DNA from: Vicugna vicugna
Lineage: Eukaryota
Reading direction: 5' to 3'
Assembly: GCA_013265495.1 (NCBI GenBank)
Contig: MU059002.1
Coordinates: 248,001 to 312,000, forward strand
Length of the DNA stretch: 64,000 bases
The position numbers were made by a program, and so were the translations under genes. This document shows positions 23,980 to 36,545 of the stretch, piece by piece. Below the pieces are notes generated by a model. The model was not told the origin of the DNA and made no database searches. It saw only the letters and a list, made by a program, of their open reading frames with translations. Each line of letters opens with the position of its first letter. Position 1 is the first letter of the stretch.

Positions 23980-24100
23980 TATCATTCAGCCAATCAGCCA
24001 GCATTTATTGAGCATCTACTGCATTAAAGGCAATGGAAATAGTATAAAAAGACAAAGATACATTTCCTGACCTCAATAACTTAAATCAAGTTAGAGAAGT
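23980..24100 (-). mobile_element. L2 3' end
   Basis: 'cattcagccaatcagccagcatttattgagcatctact'. Confidence 0.6.
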
Positions 24101-24727
24101 TGGAATATATATATATATTTTACATTTTGATATTTTGAGGATTCCTGAATAAAAACGAAGGAAAGAGAAAATTTATGTTAACAGTGTAGTTTGTGCACAA
24201 GAAGGAATAGTTTTTGAGACTTTATTCATCAAAATCTAGCATTTTTTGAGCACTGAGGGTACAATGCAATGTGAGATAGATTTACCTGCTATCCTTGTGA
24301 CACTGAGGATGGAAACAGGAAGAGTGGAAGTGGGGTGGGGATGAGGAAGGACAACTGATGTCAGCCATCATGTCTAAGTCAGGCGGAGTTCGGCTACAAG
24401 GAGACTTCATGTGCTGGTTCTTTTAAGCAGATTTTGCATGTCAAAGTGGAGACTTGTTAGATAAAAGGACATTTCCATATATTTTGAATATAGCATTCTT
24501 GCATTTCAAAATGGAAGTATAATCACTATTTTGAAATTATCAAAGTAGAATTTTACTTACACCAGTAAATTATGTATTATTTTCTAAAGCCTACTGTTGA
24601 AGTTACATTCTAACTATCCAGTCACCTCTGTGCATCTATTGCCTTGTTGACTCCTTGTAGTGACTCTGTCAGCTTGGGGAAGTATTGCTGTCATCATTAG
24701 AAAGATAAGGAAATTTCAAGTTCTGGT

Positions 24728-24925
24728 GGACAAATACTGTATGATATCACTTATATGTGGAATCTAAAAAAAAAATACAACAAACTAGTGAATATAACAA
24801 AAAAGAAGCAGACTCACAGATACAGAGAACAAGCTAGTGGTTACCAGTGGGGAGAGGGAAGGAGAGAGTGGCAATACAGAGGTAGAGGATTAAGAGGTAC
24901 AAACTATTATGTATAAAATAAATAA
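24728..24925 (+). mobile_element. L1 3' UTR fragment (L1_Art/L1MA9-like)
   Basis: 'gacaaatactgtatgatatcacttatatgtggaatctaaaaaa...gactcacagatacagagaacaagctagtggttaccagtggggagaggga...taagaggtacaaactattatgtataaaataaataa'. Confidence 0.9.
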
Positions 24926-26063
24926 CCAGAAACATTAACCAGTTTTTTTTTTAAGTTCAAGATATGTTTTAATAATTGTAGGTGAGTTTGTCTGCAGTTG
25001 CCAAGACAAATTCTTTGCAAATGGAGATATCCTATTATGGTGATTCAATACCGACTTATATCTCCACACACTTTGAATGTGGAGTAAGAGTAACAGAATA
25101 AGATACATAGCATCTAATAAACAAAATACCAACTTCCTTTAGGAGCCACTGGATTGAGAGGCATTCAGGTTTTGGAGTGTTTTCCTAGATATGATAGCAT
25201 GGAAAGGCGTAGAAAACCTACAGTCCTAGAGCCACACTGGTAGTGATGGTTCCCTTCATTGCAGAGAGAGAAACTCACTTAAGCCAGCCCAAGGAAGGAG
25301 AAGGGCTTCTTATGAGGTTTCTTGGGGGTCTAATCAGGAAATAGAGCTAATAGTGGGCCTTATAGGCCCTGTTGCTGAGAAGACATGGTAACTGTGGCCT
25401 TTCCTTAACTAATACAGGGTTAAGCAAAGTCTGGGTTAAGGATCCACCTGGGGTCCAGTCATCTGATCTCAAGCTGTTTCTCATTCAGAAAGGGGATGGG
25501 CAGAGTAGCAATAGTCTGTGTCTTTCATTAAGAGTATTCTATTTATTCTGTTTATCTTACACCACAGCTAATGGACTCAGTAGACTCTAAATGTTCCCCC
25601 AATTTGATTAAGGCCAATCTGGTTATTTATAATTGCTGAGAATCATAACATAGTTTTGTTTGCACTGTGGTTTGTTATGCAATATTTGATTTCCTCTAAG
25701 AATAGAGGGAAATTGTAATATTCAAAATGCCCATGTCAGTCAATGGCGGGACAAAAATTAGAATTCTGCATATTCTGGCCATGTGGACTATGGTTATCCC
25801 AATGTTTCCTAATAGAAGAATAAAACTACCCATTATTTAGTTATCTCTTATAAATGTAGAATCTTTGCCAATAAGGGCCTGAGAAAATATAAGAGCTAAG
25901 TTTTCTTTTCTTTTTTTTTTTTTTCCGCAGAAATGTTCCTGAAACAATGCTGCCTTGACCTGACCTGCTCTGTCTCTTCTCACCCTCTTTGTACATTTTG
26001 GGGCAGGAGTGTCCATCATGGAGTGTGAAAACTCTGGGAATCCTTGCAATTTTCCAAGGTAGG

Positions 26064-26448
26064 TGTTATGGGGGACTGCTCTGTGTTTCCCCAAATCCAT
26101 GTGTTGAAGCCCTAACCTTCAATGTGACTGTTTTTAGAGACAGGGCCTTTAAGAAAGTAATTAAGTGTACTCATAAGGGTGGGACCTAATCCCATAGGAC
26201 TGGTGTCCTTATAAGAAGAGAAAGAGACACCAGAGAACTTTCTCACGTGCACACGGAGGAAAGGCCACATGAGGACATACCGAGAAGGCAACCGTCTCCA
26301 AGCCAGGAAGAGNNNNNNNNNNNNNNNNNNNNNNNNNNNNNNNNNNNNNNNNNNNNNNNNNNNNNNNNNNNNNNNNNNNNNNNNNNNNNNNNNNNNNNNN
26401 NNNNNNNNNNNNNNNNNNNNNNNNNNNNNNNNNNNNNNNNNNNNTACA
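26064..26448 (+). mobile_element. MLT1A-type LTR (3' part masked), inserted in a MIR (~26040-26550)
   Basis: 'tgttatgggggact...ccaaatccatgtgttgaagccctaaccttcaatgtgactg...cataagggtgggacctaatcccataggactggtgtccttataagaagag...taca'. MIR sequence resumes after the LTR. Confidence 0.85.
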
Positions 26449-27554
26449 GATATTTTTTGTATATGAGGAAGTTGAAATGCACTAATGATGAAGTAACATA
26501 AGGTGTTAAGTGGGGAAACCAGAATTGAAAACAGGCTCTTCTGAATTCCATGATGGTGGCCTTTCTCCTACCTGGTCTGCCTGCTTAATTCTACAACAGT
26601 CTTAGTGTTGAAAACTCTTACTAGCGTCAAATTTATAGGTGGCTTCAAAAGTTTGCTAAGTAGTGAAATTCTGGGTGAAACTTGAGACAGAATCTGGACA
26701 ATCCCCTCTAGTCATTGTGGGTTGAATATGATGAGAGGGCAAAACAAGAGCCCTGGTGGCTGGGCTCCAGGCAGATACAAGGTGCTACCAAGGGAAGCAG
26801 AGGGATGGGGCCGTTGTAATTATCAGCTGGAAAGGGAATTGGGGAAGATGGGAGGAAACCAGCAAACCCGCAGGCCACCTCCTCGTGTTCAGGCTGGGCA
26901 GAACTGAGGCCACTTGGAGCAGTTTAGGAAAGCAGATCTCATGTAGAGGGGGTTAAGACTGGAATAGAATTGGCAGCAGCATGCTCTATTAAGGGATTTT
27001 GAAATGCTGCCAGTTAATTTAACAACAGTCTACCTTAAAAAAAAGCCCACATGGGTTTACACAAGCTTCATTTGTATTTGCTGTGTAAAGCTGATCATCA
27101 TACTTTTTTCTTAATTTTTTATCTTCCTCGTACAATGTTCAATGTTGAATTTCATCAGTATTTTCTTTTTATCCTTGGATGATAGAAACCTCTGATTTTT
27201 TCCCCTTTCGTCTTTACTTCAGAGAGAGGAGGAACACTTAGAATTTGCCCTGGAGATACAATGTCTTCCAAATATTAGCTCAGGGAATAGAAAGGCTCTG
27301 AGTTGCCATGTGCTGTTGTTTGCCGGAATAAATAATCATACAAAGGCCCTGCTCTTTCAGCTCCTCTCTCTTTCAGCAGAGTTCAAACCAGGGTTATTTG
27401 CAGGTATCCTTTTGAATCCAATTGAAAGACTCTGAATATCTTGGCTTTTCAATCTTGCTTTTGCTTTTTCTTTCCCATCACCTCATTCCTTTTTATTTCT
27501 TTTTGGGTTCCTGACCTTATTTCTTTATTACTCTCAAACAGTAGGAGTTCTTCT

Positions 27555-27682
27555 GTATGTGAGTGTACACACGTGTGTTTGTATGTGTCTTTGTGTCTGT
27601 GTGTATATATTTATGTGTGTGTATATAGGTATGTGTATCTGTGTGGCTGTGAGTGTATGTGTGTCGGGAGTGGGTATGTAGT
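27555..27682 (+). repeat. Degenerate TG/TA-rich low-complexity repeat
   Basis: Directly visible. Confidence 0.85.
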
Positions 27683-28039
27683 GTTTTCTTCCTTTAAAAG
27701 CAACGCTGATCGTACCATTGTTGAATTCCTAAGGCTCTGCCATCCTTAATTTTAATTGCCAAGTATTGATAGACTAAAAGTCAAATAAATGGATGAACTA
27801 CCAGATGCGTTCGAATACAAATAAAGATCTTAAATATCCATTCCCCTCATCTATTGCTGTTTAGAAAGTTAAATGTATAAAATGCCTTGAGGAATAAGGG
27901 GTTATGACACTCTGGGCTCAGTTTTCTCCAATGTTCATTTGTGCACCTGCTTTTAAAAATAGATATTTCCTCTCTGTTTTGAAAGAGTAAACACCTTACA
28001 AGCTGAAAGTCGTCAAAATTCTGCGTTTCCCTATTCATC

Positions 28040-28420
28040 ACACATTATACTTGCCAAGCACAGATTAAGGCAGATTATTAACCTACTCAATTACAATGGA
28101 ACTCCTATGGAAATGTCTATTACAACCGCATTAATATCTCATTAGTTATCATGCTAATGTTATTACAATGGTTACCAAAGGAATTGGCACTGATTGGTAC
28201 CTAATTTTGAAGGGTTGTTGCCCCAAGCATCATTGGAGAGGGAGGCTCAATAGAAAAAGTGGAAATCTGCTTTCTGTCTTCTCTAAAAAAGAAAAGAAAA
28301 AAGAACAAATGATACTTCTGGCAAAAATATGCTGCAGAGGCTGTCTGAGCCTCAAGATATAAATCTATTTTGACAGGTGCAGTCATTATTCTTCTCATCT
28401 AGGATAGCATTATTCTTTTG
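28040..28420. promoter_or_regulatory. Candidate conserved non-coding element (homeodomain/SOX motif-dense)
   Basis: ATTACAATGG at 28090 and 28162, ATTACAA at 28119, and many further TAAT/ATTA and GATTA cores in unique sequence. Confidence 0.4.
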
Positions 28421-29339
28421 TTTTAATGACAGAGGTAGCAGGAAGACAAAATTTGCCTCCAAGTGAATGCGTAAAAATGTAATAACAATTAGCTAATATA
28501 ATTAAATTATTACTAATGATGATAATACCATGTCTGGGTCTTTACAATGAACATGTAGCTCTACTTATTTACATCTTTCCCCAAAGGAGTTTAAATAGAT
28601 TTACAGGAAAGTTAAACGCCTCCCACCTTCCCATTTATTTGCATACATTAAAAGAAATCTGGCATGGAAGCTGACTGTGCCATTTTATAAGGAAAATAAT
28701 GTCTCTGATGTTTCATGCCTTTAATTGAGTTAGTAATCCTCCCTGCTTGGGCAAGAAGGTTTGTGCAGCTGTAAGGTTGATGGAACCAAGACCAGAGTCT
28801 GGGTTCCATGACTTTGGGCGAGAGGTCACCTCTGCATGCCCAGGGCTCTGGCTAGTAAGGCCCCACACAGCAAGCCAGAGCTGACCTTAAAAGCAGATGT
28901 AAAGAAGATAAAGTTTGCTACTGATACTATCTTATTTTCTATACTTTCCCATCCATCTCCCTACAGGAGAATCCAGGGCTCTCATGGTCTTTTCAATGAA
29001 AATTTGGGGAGGGTTGTCACATCAGTTAACCTTTTTGGTTTGTTTCTATTTTCTTAGCAAACAAACAAACAGAAAGCTCCAGCTAAAAGTAACTAGAGGA
29101 GTTGTTGGAGGTTTGCAGAGAAAGGAGAAATTGTGAAACAGAAGAGGGAGAGCAAACTGTGTCCAAAATATAGAATAAGGCTTGCTGGGCAGTGCTGAGT
29201 CCCCTCCAGTTTGCACAGCACGAAATGGTGAGCCATCAGAGTGCTTGTGAGCTTCATCCTGCCGTGTTCAGCTGCTTGGAGGCAGGCACCTGGTTGAACT
29301 GGGGTCTTGCTGGGTGTGTAAGACAGAAGGAGAGAGGTA

Positions 29340-29960
29340 TAAGGGCACAGCAGGCAAGAGAAACACTATAATAAGTGATTATGGAATCTAACCAGGGCGA
29401 GGAGGCAAATAAGTGTGTAGCAGACAGTGAAATGTGGTAGGACAGTCAGTGGAAGTACCAGTGTGGTTGAAGAATTATTGGATCAAGATTGTTGGAGGGA
29501 TGTGAAAGGAAAGGGAGATGGTGACCTACATGGAAAATCTGGAGACAGTGCATTCGGTAATGACAAGGACTAAAACCAGTGTGGGAACCAGTGGAAGGTA
29601 GACGACTGCAACAAGAGCACGTTAACGTGGTAATCTAATCTGATAACACATGTTTCCTTATAAATAAAGGATTTTAGAGACTGGGGTGAAACGACAATTT
29701 GGAAATAAAGATAAGGAGCAAAGGGAGATCTCTGCCCATCTCAAGCCTTGTTGAATATTGGATATGAGAAGAAAAACAACCACTCCTCAAAAGGGCTGCC
29801 CTTGACGTGATGCCTGAAAGCTCCAGCCAGAGCAAGGAGGTGAAGGTGACTTCCAGAGAGGAGGTCACCAGCACAGGGGACTTTGAGTGGCAGAGGGCCC
29901 AGTGCAAGGTGTTTGGGAGTCATGGAGGGGTGGGAAATTAAGTCAGATTACAGGAGGCAT
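29340..29960 (-). mobile_element. L2a internal fragment (endonuclease-domain region)
   Basis: 'gtagacgactgcaacaagag...aatctgataacacatg...gataaggagcaaaggg...gagaagaaaaacaaccactcctcaaaagggctgc' is collinear with the L2 EN region as I recall it. Confidence 0.65.
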
Positions 29961-30479
29961 AAACCCACATAAGGATTGATTCTAAGTGGTGAGAGAGAAA
30001 TCTGAGGAGTTGAGAGAAAAAAAATGTGGTAAGCACGTCATATTTTGAAGTATGTTGTCATAGAACAATCTAGCATAAATTAATCAATGCGGTTCTGTAG
30101 AGAAAGGGGCATTTTCTTTTGTCCCCACTTTCTCCTTTGTGCTGCTTAGAATATGGACAAGAAGGTTGATGCTCTTAACTAGTTTGGACCATGAGGTACA
30201 TGGTAAAGATTACTGAGCTGGAAGAGAAAACACACTTGAGTCCTTGATGACAGTGGAGCTGCCACACCTACCATGGGCTGGCTATCTCTGAACTTGTTTT
30301 CTGGGACAAAGAAACTTCTATCAAATTTAACACAGTAAAGAAAATAATCACAATCCTTCCTTAATTAGAATTGTGGTCCATGGGGAAGAGACAGCCAAAA
30401 TGGGCAAAAAGATTGTTAAGAGAGGTTGATGCACCCCCTTGCTGTAAATGCATGTTCTTCTTTAAATTGTGTTTCAACA

Positions 30480-30640
30480 TATTAAAAAGAGAACTTGTAA
30501 ATGAGATTGTTGAATAATCCTGGCAAACGATGTACGTTGAAAGATCAGATATGGGAATGCAGTTTTGTCATTCCAGTTTTCAAAAAGAGGAAGAGAGATT
30601 CTGCAAACTATTGAATTACGAGCTTTATTTTATTTCCTGA
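30480..30640 (+). mobile_element. L3/CR1 LINE RT-region fossil
   Basis: 'gtcattccagttttcaaaaagaggaagagagattctgcaaactat' corresponds to the CR1 (V/I)PIFKKG...NYRP motif. Confidence 0.65.
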
Positions 30641-30879
30641 AGTTCCAAGAAGAGGAAGTGTTTGGGTCATCATTACAGTAACCTCATTTCCTTCTTTGAC
30701 AGATATATTGGACTGTGGTGCCAGGGGAAATGTGGCAGAGTGTACTTTTGAACTAAAGCGAGTCATGTAAAGGGGTTTCACAATGTCTTCATAGATCAAT
30801 TAGAGGAATATTGGTTGACTAGAAGATGGAAAGAGTGTGTGAAGGGTATTTCATGAAACAGTCTACACATGGTTTCTAT

Positions 30880-31280
30880 TTTTGCTCCCTGCTGTATGGT
30901 GTTCACTTCATTATAAGGGTTGGCTCCCCCTTGTGGTAAAAAGATGGCTTCATTGATACTGGCCATGAACAGGGAGAGGGTTCCTTCATCAATCTTCCCT
31001 CTGAGGAGTCAGGAAGCTTCTTTCCTGGATTGTGACAATAAACATTTACTCATATTTTATTGACTCCAGTTGGATCAGGAGTCCATCCCTGAACCAATTA
31101 CTCTGCCCAGGGAGAGGGACAGTCTACTTGGCTTAGGTGGAGTTGGCTTCCTCCAAAGCACATTGGCTTCATGGGGCAGGAAGGGTGTGATTATGTACGG
31201 ATGTAGATAACCCAAGAGAATTGAGTAGTTAACAAAGAGGGAGTGGATTATTTTGTAGGCAAACACAATATTCACTATTC
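30880..31280 (-). mobile_element. MLT1K-like LTR
   Basis: 'aaagatggct...ttggatcaggagtccatccctgaaccaattactctgcccaggg...ggattattttgtaggcaaacacaatattcacta'. Confidence 0.65.
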
Positions 31281-32250
31281 TTGGAAGATCTTGAGGGTAA
31301 TAGTCTTCAGTTCTATAATGTAAAAGTTTAAATCTTGATGAAACAGGCATTCCGATAGATCTGTCAGAATGACATTAGCCGCAATACACTCCAGTTAATC
31401 AAATGAGAGAACCCAAGGATCAGAATTGTTTACCACAATTCGTCTTGTGGCAGAGACATGTCGACCAAAAATTTTGATTTTGGTTTAATTATAATCAAAG
31501 TTAACACTTCTACGTGATTATAATCAATCATATGTCTATCTTCTTTACAACATTACAGTAGAATTATGTTCTCAGAATGGGTAAGAATGATAACTATTCT
31601 TTTGAAATTACAGAGAACATGTTTCTGAAAATTTGCATACATTGCTTAGGTATAAATGGAAAAGGGAATGGCTGAAACATAGTCCTTTTTCATGCTGTTT
31701 GAAATGGTGGTTTGAAATATTTACACTTTAGTGTGATTTTTAAAGGTAGTATTGCAAAAGAAGCCTCTCAAAAGATCTTTAAGTGTCTTGGATCATTTTA
31801 TTGAGAGCCAAGAGGATAGATTTTATTTAAAAAATGCTTAAAGTTGTCTAATACTTGCTGCTATTTTTAACCAGTTCGTCTGTTAAGAGAAGCAAAGTAT
31901 ATCAAAGCTCAGTGCTAAAAAGTCCATCTTGAAACAAGCTTATTTCTTATGCTGAATATTTAAATGAGAAATTAGCGTGTGCAATGTATTGAAGAAAACA
32001 AGACCACAGAATTTGGGTACATATTTGGTGAAATGATAGATCTGTAATTTGGGGAATTTGAGAGGAGCTCTTTTTGTAGGAAATTCATCCTTTACAGTGT
32101 GTTCTGAAGGATATAAATCATAAGATCTTCAAAAAAATAATTTTTAAGATGATCTCTTGTCATTCAAAACAGGATATAATGGTTTCCATCAGCAGGAGGC
32201 TGTCCCTAGAGGCCATCTTCCCCTGAAAATGGTTAAATATTCCGTATCTC

Positions 32251-32410
32251 CTTGTTACTTAAACTGCGGTCCCTGGACCAGCCAGGTCATTATCCTGGGG
32301 TACTTGTTAGATCTGCAGAACCTCACTTCCATCCTAAACCAGCTGAATCTGAATTTGCCTTTTAACAAGATCCCCAGGGGATTCATGTGCTCATTAAAGT
32401 TTGATCATAG
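32251..32410 (+). mobile_element. MER5B
   Basis: 'gcggtccctggaccagc...cttgttagatctgcagaacctc...ctgaatctgaatttgccttttaacaagatccccaggggattcatgtgctcattaaagtttga'. Confidence 0.85.
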
Positions 32411-32649
32411 ATCACTAAATCTCGATTAGGGAGATTTCCATAGTCCACAGAGTATTGGGGGCCAGGGTTTAAATGCCAAAAAGTCATGTTTTCACAGGTT
32501 CTTTCATAAAACCTTATGAAAGAACCTCTCATATATACCCTTCAGATATATCATAGAATTCCCATTTCCATTTACTGTGATGACTACACATGACATTTCC
32601 TACTATAATCTATATTACCTTAAAAAAATGTGTCTTAAATGAGCTGTCT

Positions 32650-32922
32650 CTAGAACAAAGGCTTCGAAATTGAACAACCTAGGTTTGAAATCTGAATCTG
32701 CCACTTCCCAACCACCTGACTTTGGGCAAGACTTACTTCAACAGTTGAAGCCTAGTTTTCTCATCTTTAGAATCTCTAGATTCAAGGGGGAAAAAAAATC
32801 TCTAGAGTATCATCTCTAGATGATCTTGATGTTATACTGTTGTGAGGATGAAGTGAGATGATGTGGGTCAAGCTTGTGGCCCAGGGTCTAGGACAGATAA
32901 ACATCTCAGTGAATATTAGTTC
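32650..32922 (+). mobile_element. MIRb, near full length
   Basis: 'cctaggtttgaaatctgaatctgccacttcc...tttgggcaag...agttttctcatct...tgttgtgaggatgaagtgagatgatg...ctcagtgaatattagt'. Confidence 0.75.
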
Positions 32923-33719
32923 CCTTCCTCCATGCTGATCATGCAGTCCCTTAAAACCTTAGAATTATCTACTACAAAAGATGCAAGAACTACAGAAATT
33001 CTTCCCCTGTGGAGCAAAACTATAACGTGGTTGCTATAAAACATTAGATTTTAAGCAGGTCTACTTGCGAAGTAAGTGAATCGCAAAATAATATTTAAAT
33101 AATAAAACAGAATGGCATTGTTTAGTGTGGTCCATCTGGATGCCAAGTTGCACTCACCAAATGATAATTTGGATTTTAACATAGTAGGTACTTTACTGTT
33201 CTTCCTGAGTCTGATTTATGGACAGGGCTTGCTGCTTCTTTGCTACTCAGCTTTTATTCAGTGACTGCTTCTGGGTTCCACTAAAGTCTTTACTTGCTAA
33301 GTTTCCCTGACTTTCCTGCAGTCTTTGTCCTGTGAGGAGGCAGAGTGGTTCATTCCCTGATGAAGTGTGGCTGGATAGGTTCTGATGAGTTGAACGATTG
33401 GCCCGGAAGCAGCTCCTGAAAGACAGCCTGGGCTGAGAGCTGTCTACTCCGTAGACCACCAATAGTTCTTTACAGTGATACTGTTACTCTACTATAAACT
33501 CCCTGATGGTACCATCCCAGGAGAAGTGATTGTGAAATGACAGCTATACCGCATTGCATAGTGAAGGCACAGAGGGACCTAAGGGCCGTGCACAGGTAAA
33601 TCCACGTGGCTGATGATTTGGTGGCCCTGCGGAATCTTGTCTCCATTGTGGGCTGCAGGTCTCCACATTCCTCCCCACCCAGAGAACTTCATGGTAGGTT
33701 CTTAATACGGTATCATTTA

Positions 33720-34170
33720 TTTTAAAATTAAAAATAAAGTATAAAAGAAAACATAACAAACATCCATATTCCCATCACCCAAAATTAATTGTTAATATCG
33801 CATTTAACCATCATTTTCTATCCCATTTTCTTCCCAACATCTCAAAAGGCAATGAATAGCTTGATGCATGTCATTATGTATCGCTATAAAACTATTATCT
33901 GTCTACCTATCATCTATCCATCATCTCTCTCTCCATTTCCAGAACCAATATATAGTATTATTTTGTGAATGCTTTCTAAAATGTATGTAAATATCATTCC
34001 TTTTGAACATCGCCCCTCTCCCTTCAACATGCTTTTGAGATCCAGCCATGCTGATAGACTGGTTTATTCCTTTTGATATAGATCTTAATCAATTTCTTTT
34101 AACAGTAGTAGAGCTTTCAGTCTTAGAAACAGACCACATTTTACTAGTCTCTTTTCAGGATTTGTGGGTT
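33720..34170 (-). mobile_element. L1ME 3' fragment
   Basis: 'ataacaaacatccatattcccatcaccc...ttcaacatgcttttgagatccagccatgctgata'. Confidence 0.55.
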
Positions 34171-34919
34171 GTGGCTAACATCTAGCGGCCATCAGTAGAT
34201 CTGTAGATGCACTGGCATTTCTGCTCCTACCCTAATGGTTTGCTTATTTAAGCATTGTGCTATCTTCACTAGAGGTTAGCCCATTAATTGAAATAGTACT
34301 TAACCTCTTGGTAAAATGATGTATTGTCTGTTTTATTCTTTTGTCCTCAAGGCTGAAAGGCGATGTATGTACACTTTAGTGAGCTCAGAACCCTAAATAA
34401 AGGACAGTTCAGTAAATAATTCACTTGGTCAAAACAGGAGTAGTCTACTCAAGTGTCGTTCTCTAATCTCTTTGCTATTGTTAGACATAGACCAATGACT
34501 GGGTGACTTCTGTGTTTTGGCAGGTCCAGGCTTACTCCAGCATTCACAGCCTGCCTCCCTACTGGTGACTAGAGAAGGAGCTTTCTGTGGCTTCTGCCTG
34601 TAAAGGCAGATGTGTTTACCCTTATTAGCAACGTCAACAGAGTAATGACATTAAGGTCTTGGAGGTCATCTTCATGCCACGCTAAATGGAGCAGTTATTT
34701 CAGTGGGGATGTTATTCTCCATATAGGCTATATTTTCTAGTTGCCTCAAGAATCTTTTCTCTTCTGATACCCTTTATTAAGAAGTTAGTCCAAATTGTCG
34801 AATAAAAATGTAGCTGTGTAAAGTTGTACATTGACATGAAATATAGCACAAATAAGTTAAATACCCTCGAAGTTGAGTTATGTTCTAACTCAGAGGAAAT
34901 GAACCTGTGAGCAAAACTA

Positions 34920-34934
34920 AGAGAGAGAGAGGGG

Positions 34935-34987
<53 letters not shown>

Positions 34988-35000
34988 TGTGTGTGTGTGT
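34920..35000 (+). repeat. Compound (GA)n(GT)n microsatellite
   Basis: About 65 bp of pure purine followed directly by a (TG)8 tract. Confidence 0.95.
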
Positions 35001-35059
35001 AGGAGCTGTACTTTTGGTTCGTGGCGTAAACAAACACATTATAAAGGTTTATGTTCTGA

Positions 35060-36545
35060 CTACCCTCTCTGGTCCATTCCAATCAGGTTTTTCTCCCTAC
35101 TGCTCCACTGTAATCCTTCAGATTAAAGTTACCAGTAAACTGTGCATTGCCAAATTCTGTAAAATTAATTCTCAGTTTTCATCTTACTGTGCCCCAAAGA
35201 GTATTTGACACAGTTCATCCCTCCTTCCTTGAATCGCTTTCTTCATTTGACTTTCAGGGGCCACATATTCTTCTCCCTTGATTGTCCCCTCTTCTTCAGT
35301 CTCTTTTGTTACATACCCTTTGTCTTCCAGACTTCTACGTCAGTGTATCCAAGGGTTCAGTCTTTCTATATCCTTTTTTTTCTATATACTGTTATATGTT
35401 ATTACATCTAGCCCACACCTTTAAGTACCATTTATAATGCAATTATTCTCAAATTTATATTTCCAATCCAGATCTCTTCCTTGGTCCACCAACTTTCATG
35501 TCCAGTCTGCCTCCTTGGCAAATTCTTCTTGGAAAATAAATTCCTCCTACTCCTTAAAATGTGTAAAACTGAAATCTTAAGTTCCATACCCCAAATCTTT
35601 GTCACCCCAGTATTTCCCATTTCAATAAATAGCATTTCTGATTATCCAGTTGTTCAGGTCACAAACCAAGGAGTCATTCCTGACTTCCTTTCCCACCTTT
35701 GTACTCCTCATCCATTTTACCAGCAAATCTGTTGTTCTTACCTTAAAAATATATCCAGACAGTGACCATTTATCACCATCTCCATTGCTACCACTCCAGT
35801 CCAAGTTGCTATAGACTTTGGCTTGTCCTATAACAATGATCTCAACTAGCCTGTTTTTTCCAGTCTTGTCACCTTAGAGGCTGATCACTGCATAGCAGCT
35901 AGAATGAGTCTCTTAAGACATAAATCTGATTGGGTTTTGAAATTTTTTTTCCAAATATTTTATTTATTTGTTTATTTATTGGGGGCAGGTAATTCGGTTT
36001 GTGTGTTTGTGTTTGTTTATTTTTATTTATTTATTCTAATGGAGGTACTGCGGAATGAACCAGGACCCTGTGCTTGCTAAGTACCCGCTCTACCACTGAG
36101 GTATACTCTCTCCTCAAATTGTGTTATTATTTTGCTTGAAACCTTCAAATGGCTTCCCATCATGCTTGGAATGAAATAGAAAGTCCTCACAGTACCAACC
36201 AAGTCCTATAGGATCTGGCCTTTATTGGAGCCTCTCTATTTGCTATTTTCTCAGCCAGGAGTACTCTTTGAAGACATCTTCATGGTTTGCTCCCTCGTTT
36301 CATTTACATTTCTGCACAGATGCCACTTGGTTAGGGAAGACTTTCCTGACCGCAGCCTCTAAAGAGCATATTTCTTCCACAATTCTCTTTCCCCTTAATT
36401 TGCTTCATTTTCTTCCCGTGTATTTACATAGTGTCTGTCTTCTTCCACTAGAACATGAAGTCCAGGGACTCTTTAACTGATGTATCACCACACCTGAGAA
36501 TAATGCCTGGCACAGGCATTTATTGAGTGAATTAATGAATGGGTT
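35060..36545 (+). mobile_element. L2a 3' region, split by a SINE
   Basis: 'aaccaaggagtcattcctgacttcc...cagcaaatctgttgttcttaccttaaaaatatatccaga...accttcaaatggcttccc...gaataatgcctggcacaggcatttattgagtgaattaatgaat'. Confidence 0.85.
35943..36113 (-). mobile_element. Camelid tRNA-derived SINE
   Basis: Reverse complement reads 'gagagtatacctcagtggtagagcgggtacttagcaagcacagggtcctggttcattccgcagtacctccattagaataaataaat...aaccgaattacctgcccccaataaataa...aaaa', with decayed A/B boxes and an A-rich tail. Confidence 0.85.

Noticed and set aside
36040-36113. tRNA-like sequence on the minus strand
   Set aside because: It is the head of a SINE with degenerate A/B boxes, a SINE body and an A-tail; no intact cloverleaf.
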